Assembly: GCA_024704765.1 (NCBI GenBank)
Contig: JAKMXF010000139.1
Coordinates: 1 to 8,259 of the forward strand
Direction: 5' to 3'
Source: Oopsacas minuta
Lineage: Eukaryota > Animalia > Porifera
DNA length: 8,259 nucleotides
Below, in pieces: positions 6,752 to 8,259 of this stretch; within the stretch, counting starts at the first letter, position 1, and each line of letters opens with the position of its first letter. The notes beneath the pieces are model-generated. The model worked only from the letters and a program-made list of their open reading frames with translations. It was not told the origin of the DNA and did not search any database. Both the position numbers and the translations under genes were made by a program.

Positions 6752-7186
6752 TTAACCCTGACAAACATAATTTAAACTTCCGAAGTCTGATAGCCCAAAA
6801 CCTGACGGGGCCAGGTGGGTTTGGCCCCATCAGTTTCAAATGCTGAGGGGCCGGCCCCGTCAAGATCGACACCATGGTCATATACCATAGGATCAAATTT
6901 AGTAATTACAACAAACTAACTGAATCATTATTAAATCGATGTTTAGGATTATTTCTCTTCCAGTACTCCATAAAACCTTTCAATTGCATGACCAGTAAAT
7001 TGGAACGTCCTGTCAAACGCAGGACAGTTAACGAGTATATCACTATACGCATTGAGCAGGTAACCACTATAAAGTGTTGCTTACAATGGGAATTCGGAAG
7101 GAAAAGCTTTCATATAGCCGCTATGTACACTTTACCATTAGTATGTATACAGATGTTGCCATCAATTAATGTTAAGTTTGACTGTA
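6621..7186. mobile_element. Possible pogo/Tigger-like MITE remnant
   Basis: TACAGTTAAACTT (6621-6633) and AAGTTTGACTGTA (7174-7186) are 12/13 inverted matches starting with TA-CAGT. Related ATAGTG..ACCT motifs at 6638 (+) and 7070 (-). Similarity stops after 13 bp. Confidence 0.35.
6803..6862. repeat. 60-bp GC-rich nested palindrome of four TGA(C/T/-)GGGGCC motifs, resembling an hAT terminus
   Basis: tgacggggcc (6803-6812, +), ggccccatca (6823-6832, -), tgaggggcc (6844-6852, +), ggccccgtca (6853-6862, -). The outer pair is a perfect 10-bp inverted repeat. Confidence 0.8.
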
Positions 7187-7249
7187 CTACTATACTATCT
7201 ATATTATTAATTCTCAATTGTTGTTTGTTTGTCCGTTGTCAAGTTAAAG

Positions 7250-8259
7250 GAGGACGTCTCTATCATGAATCTACGAATATTCCCTTGAAGTGTAGTGTCC
7301 TATAGGGATAGGTTCTCTATGTTGTCACATATTGAATAAGTGAAATACTCAGAATTCCGCTAGCTTCGATTTGAGGAAATTAGAGGTAAGTTTGAATCAA
7401 AGAAGAATGAGGTCCACCAGCCATTCCACCAAGAGGCATGGACTCAATTAATTGGGTATTCTTCAAATCCATATCTTTAGATTCACTGAGAAAGACAGCT
7501 GCTTTTGAGACACAAAATCAACTTCCCGTTCTTAATATCTCTAGTTGTTCTCATTGCATGACCATGTATGGAGGAAATCTCTATAGAGATTGTACCAATG
7601 TATTCGCCGATTTCAATATTTTCACTTCGCTCTGCCTTACTAGCCAATTCTTTGAAGTCAAATCTACCCTTAGTATTTCCTGATAAGTTCTATTCTTTCT
7701 GAAGTTTGGAAGAGATCTTAGATTTATTTGTTATGATATTTTGTAGTATTTCATAGGTCTTTTCATGATCTCCAAACCCTGGCCATGAAGCAGCCATTCT
7801 AAATTGAATTTTGTTAACAGTGGTGTCTAGCTTCGCGAGAGCCTCTGCATCTGAGAGAGTTCTATCAAAATGTTCCAACTGGATATAGCATTGAACTGGA
7901 TTGCTCCAATAGAGATGATTGATTTTGTCTATATCAATTGAGAGGATATAGCAACTGATTGCCCTTTCATAGCTCTCTCTTTTGTAGTATTCGTTTCCTT
8001 CCTTCTTGTAATCATCCCCAGATTTCAAAGGATTTAATCTTGTTTCTAAAATCACAATAACTTCATCTGGAGATTCTTGCCGAATATTATAAGGATCTAT
8101 CAGAATCTAGGCATAATTCGACCATAATTATTATATTGTGACCTCGAATGTTGACTAAAGTTCGTTGCATCTAGGATTCTTTCTTCCTGGCTTTGGCTAT
8201 ATGCATTATAATTCTCATGATAATTCCATATAATAGGTAAATCTTATTTGTATGCTTCG
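7250..8259 (-). pseudogene. Intronless TPR + N-terminal SET-domain protein pseudogene
   Basis: TPR helices YKKEGNEYYKRESYERAISCY...YWSNPVQCYIQLEHFDRTLSDAE...KIQFRMAA (ORF 7690..8055). The frame continues past TAG 7692-7690 as NLSGNTKGRFDFKELASKA..IEIGEYIGTISIEISSIHGHAMRTTRDIKNGKLIL, matching GxYDF...YxGP...HGRGLFATRDIxxGELI of TPR-SET proteins. Lesions: TAA 8246-8244, frameshifts near 8103, 7510 and 7390. The left boundary is approximate. Confidence 0.75.

Noticed and set aside
6442-7305. ORFs 6442..6648 (-), 6651..6896 (-) and 6874..7305 (+)
   Set aside because: No domain-like content; they run across repeat and TE-terminus remnants and are likely chance ORFs.
7438-7683. ORF 7438..7683 (+)
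   Set aside because: Antisense shadow of the TPR-SET pseudogene.
1431-8246. Alternative genetic code (TAA/TAG = Gln), since many in-frame stops fall at likely Gln/Glu positions and the NHL gene ends in TGA
   Set aside because: The same frames also contain frameshifts, in-frame TGA and damaged conserved residues. CAA/CAG to TAA/TAG is simply the commonest transition route to a stop.
1-8259. CRISPR array, tRNA/rRNA, prokaryotic operon or defence system
   Set aside because: No regularly spaced repeat-spacer units or RNA-gene signatures; spliceosomal introns show the DNA is eukaryotic.

Overview
AT-rich eukaryotic genomic DNA with GT-AG introns and a 435-N assembly gap (5828-6262). It looks like an animal genome. 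The intronless NHL-propeller family, THAP12-type hAT, P-like transposase and divergent cadherin resemble sponge (e.g. glass sponge) genomes, but that is inference from recalled family patterns, not a search. The window is a graveyard of genes and DNA transposons. In order: (1) a spliced minus-strand cadherin-repeat gene with 5 well-supported exons, one in-frame TAA and one frameshift, plus 2-3 weaker upstream exons; (2) a decayed hAT transposase (minus); (3) a decayed P-element/THAP9-like transposase C-terminus (plus), back-to-back with the hAT; (4) an NHL-repeat gene intact except for one TAA, cut by the gap; (5) a cluster of Tc1/pogo/hAT-like terminus remnants including a 60-bp four-motif palindrome; (6) a decayed TPR-SET gene. 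I do not see a convincing new biological system. The best leads are five same-strand T-box-like sites across the cadherin locus, an in-frame splice path from the hAT fossil into host-like exons, and an apparently Ca2+-free cadherin linker.
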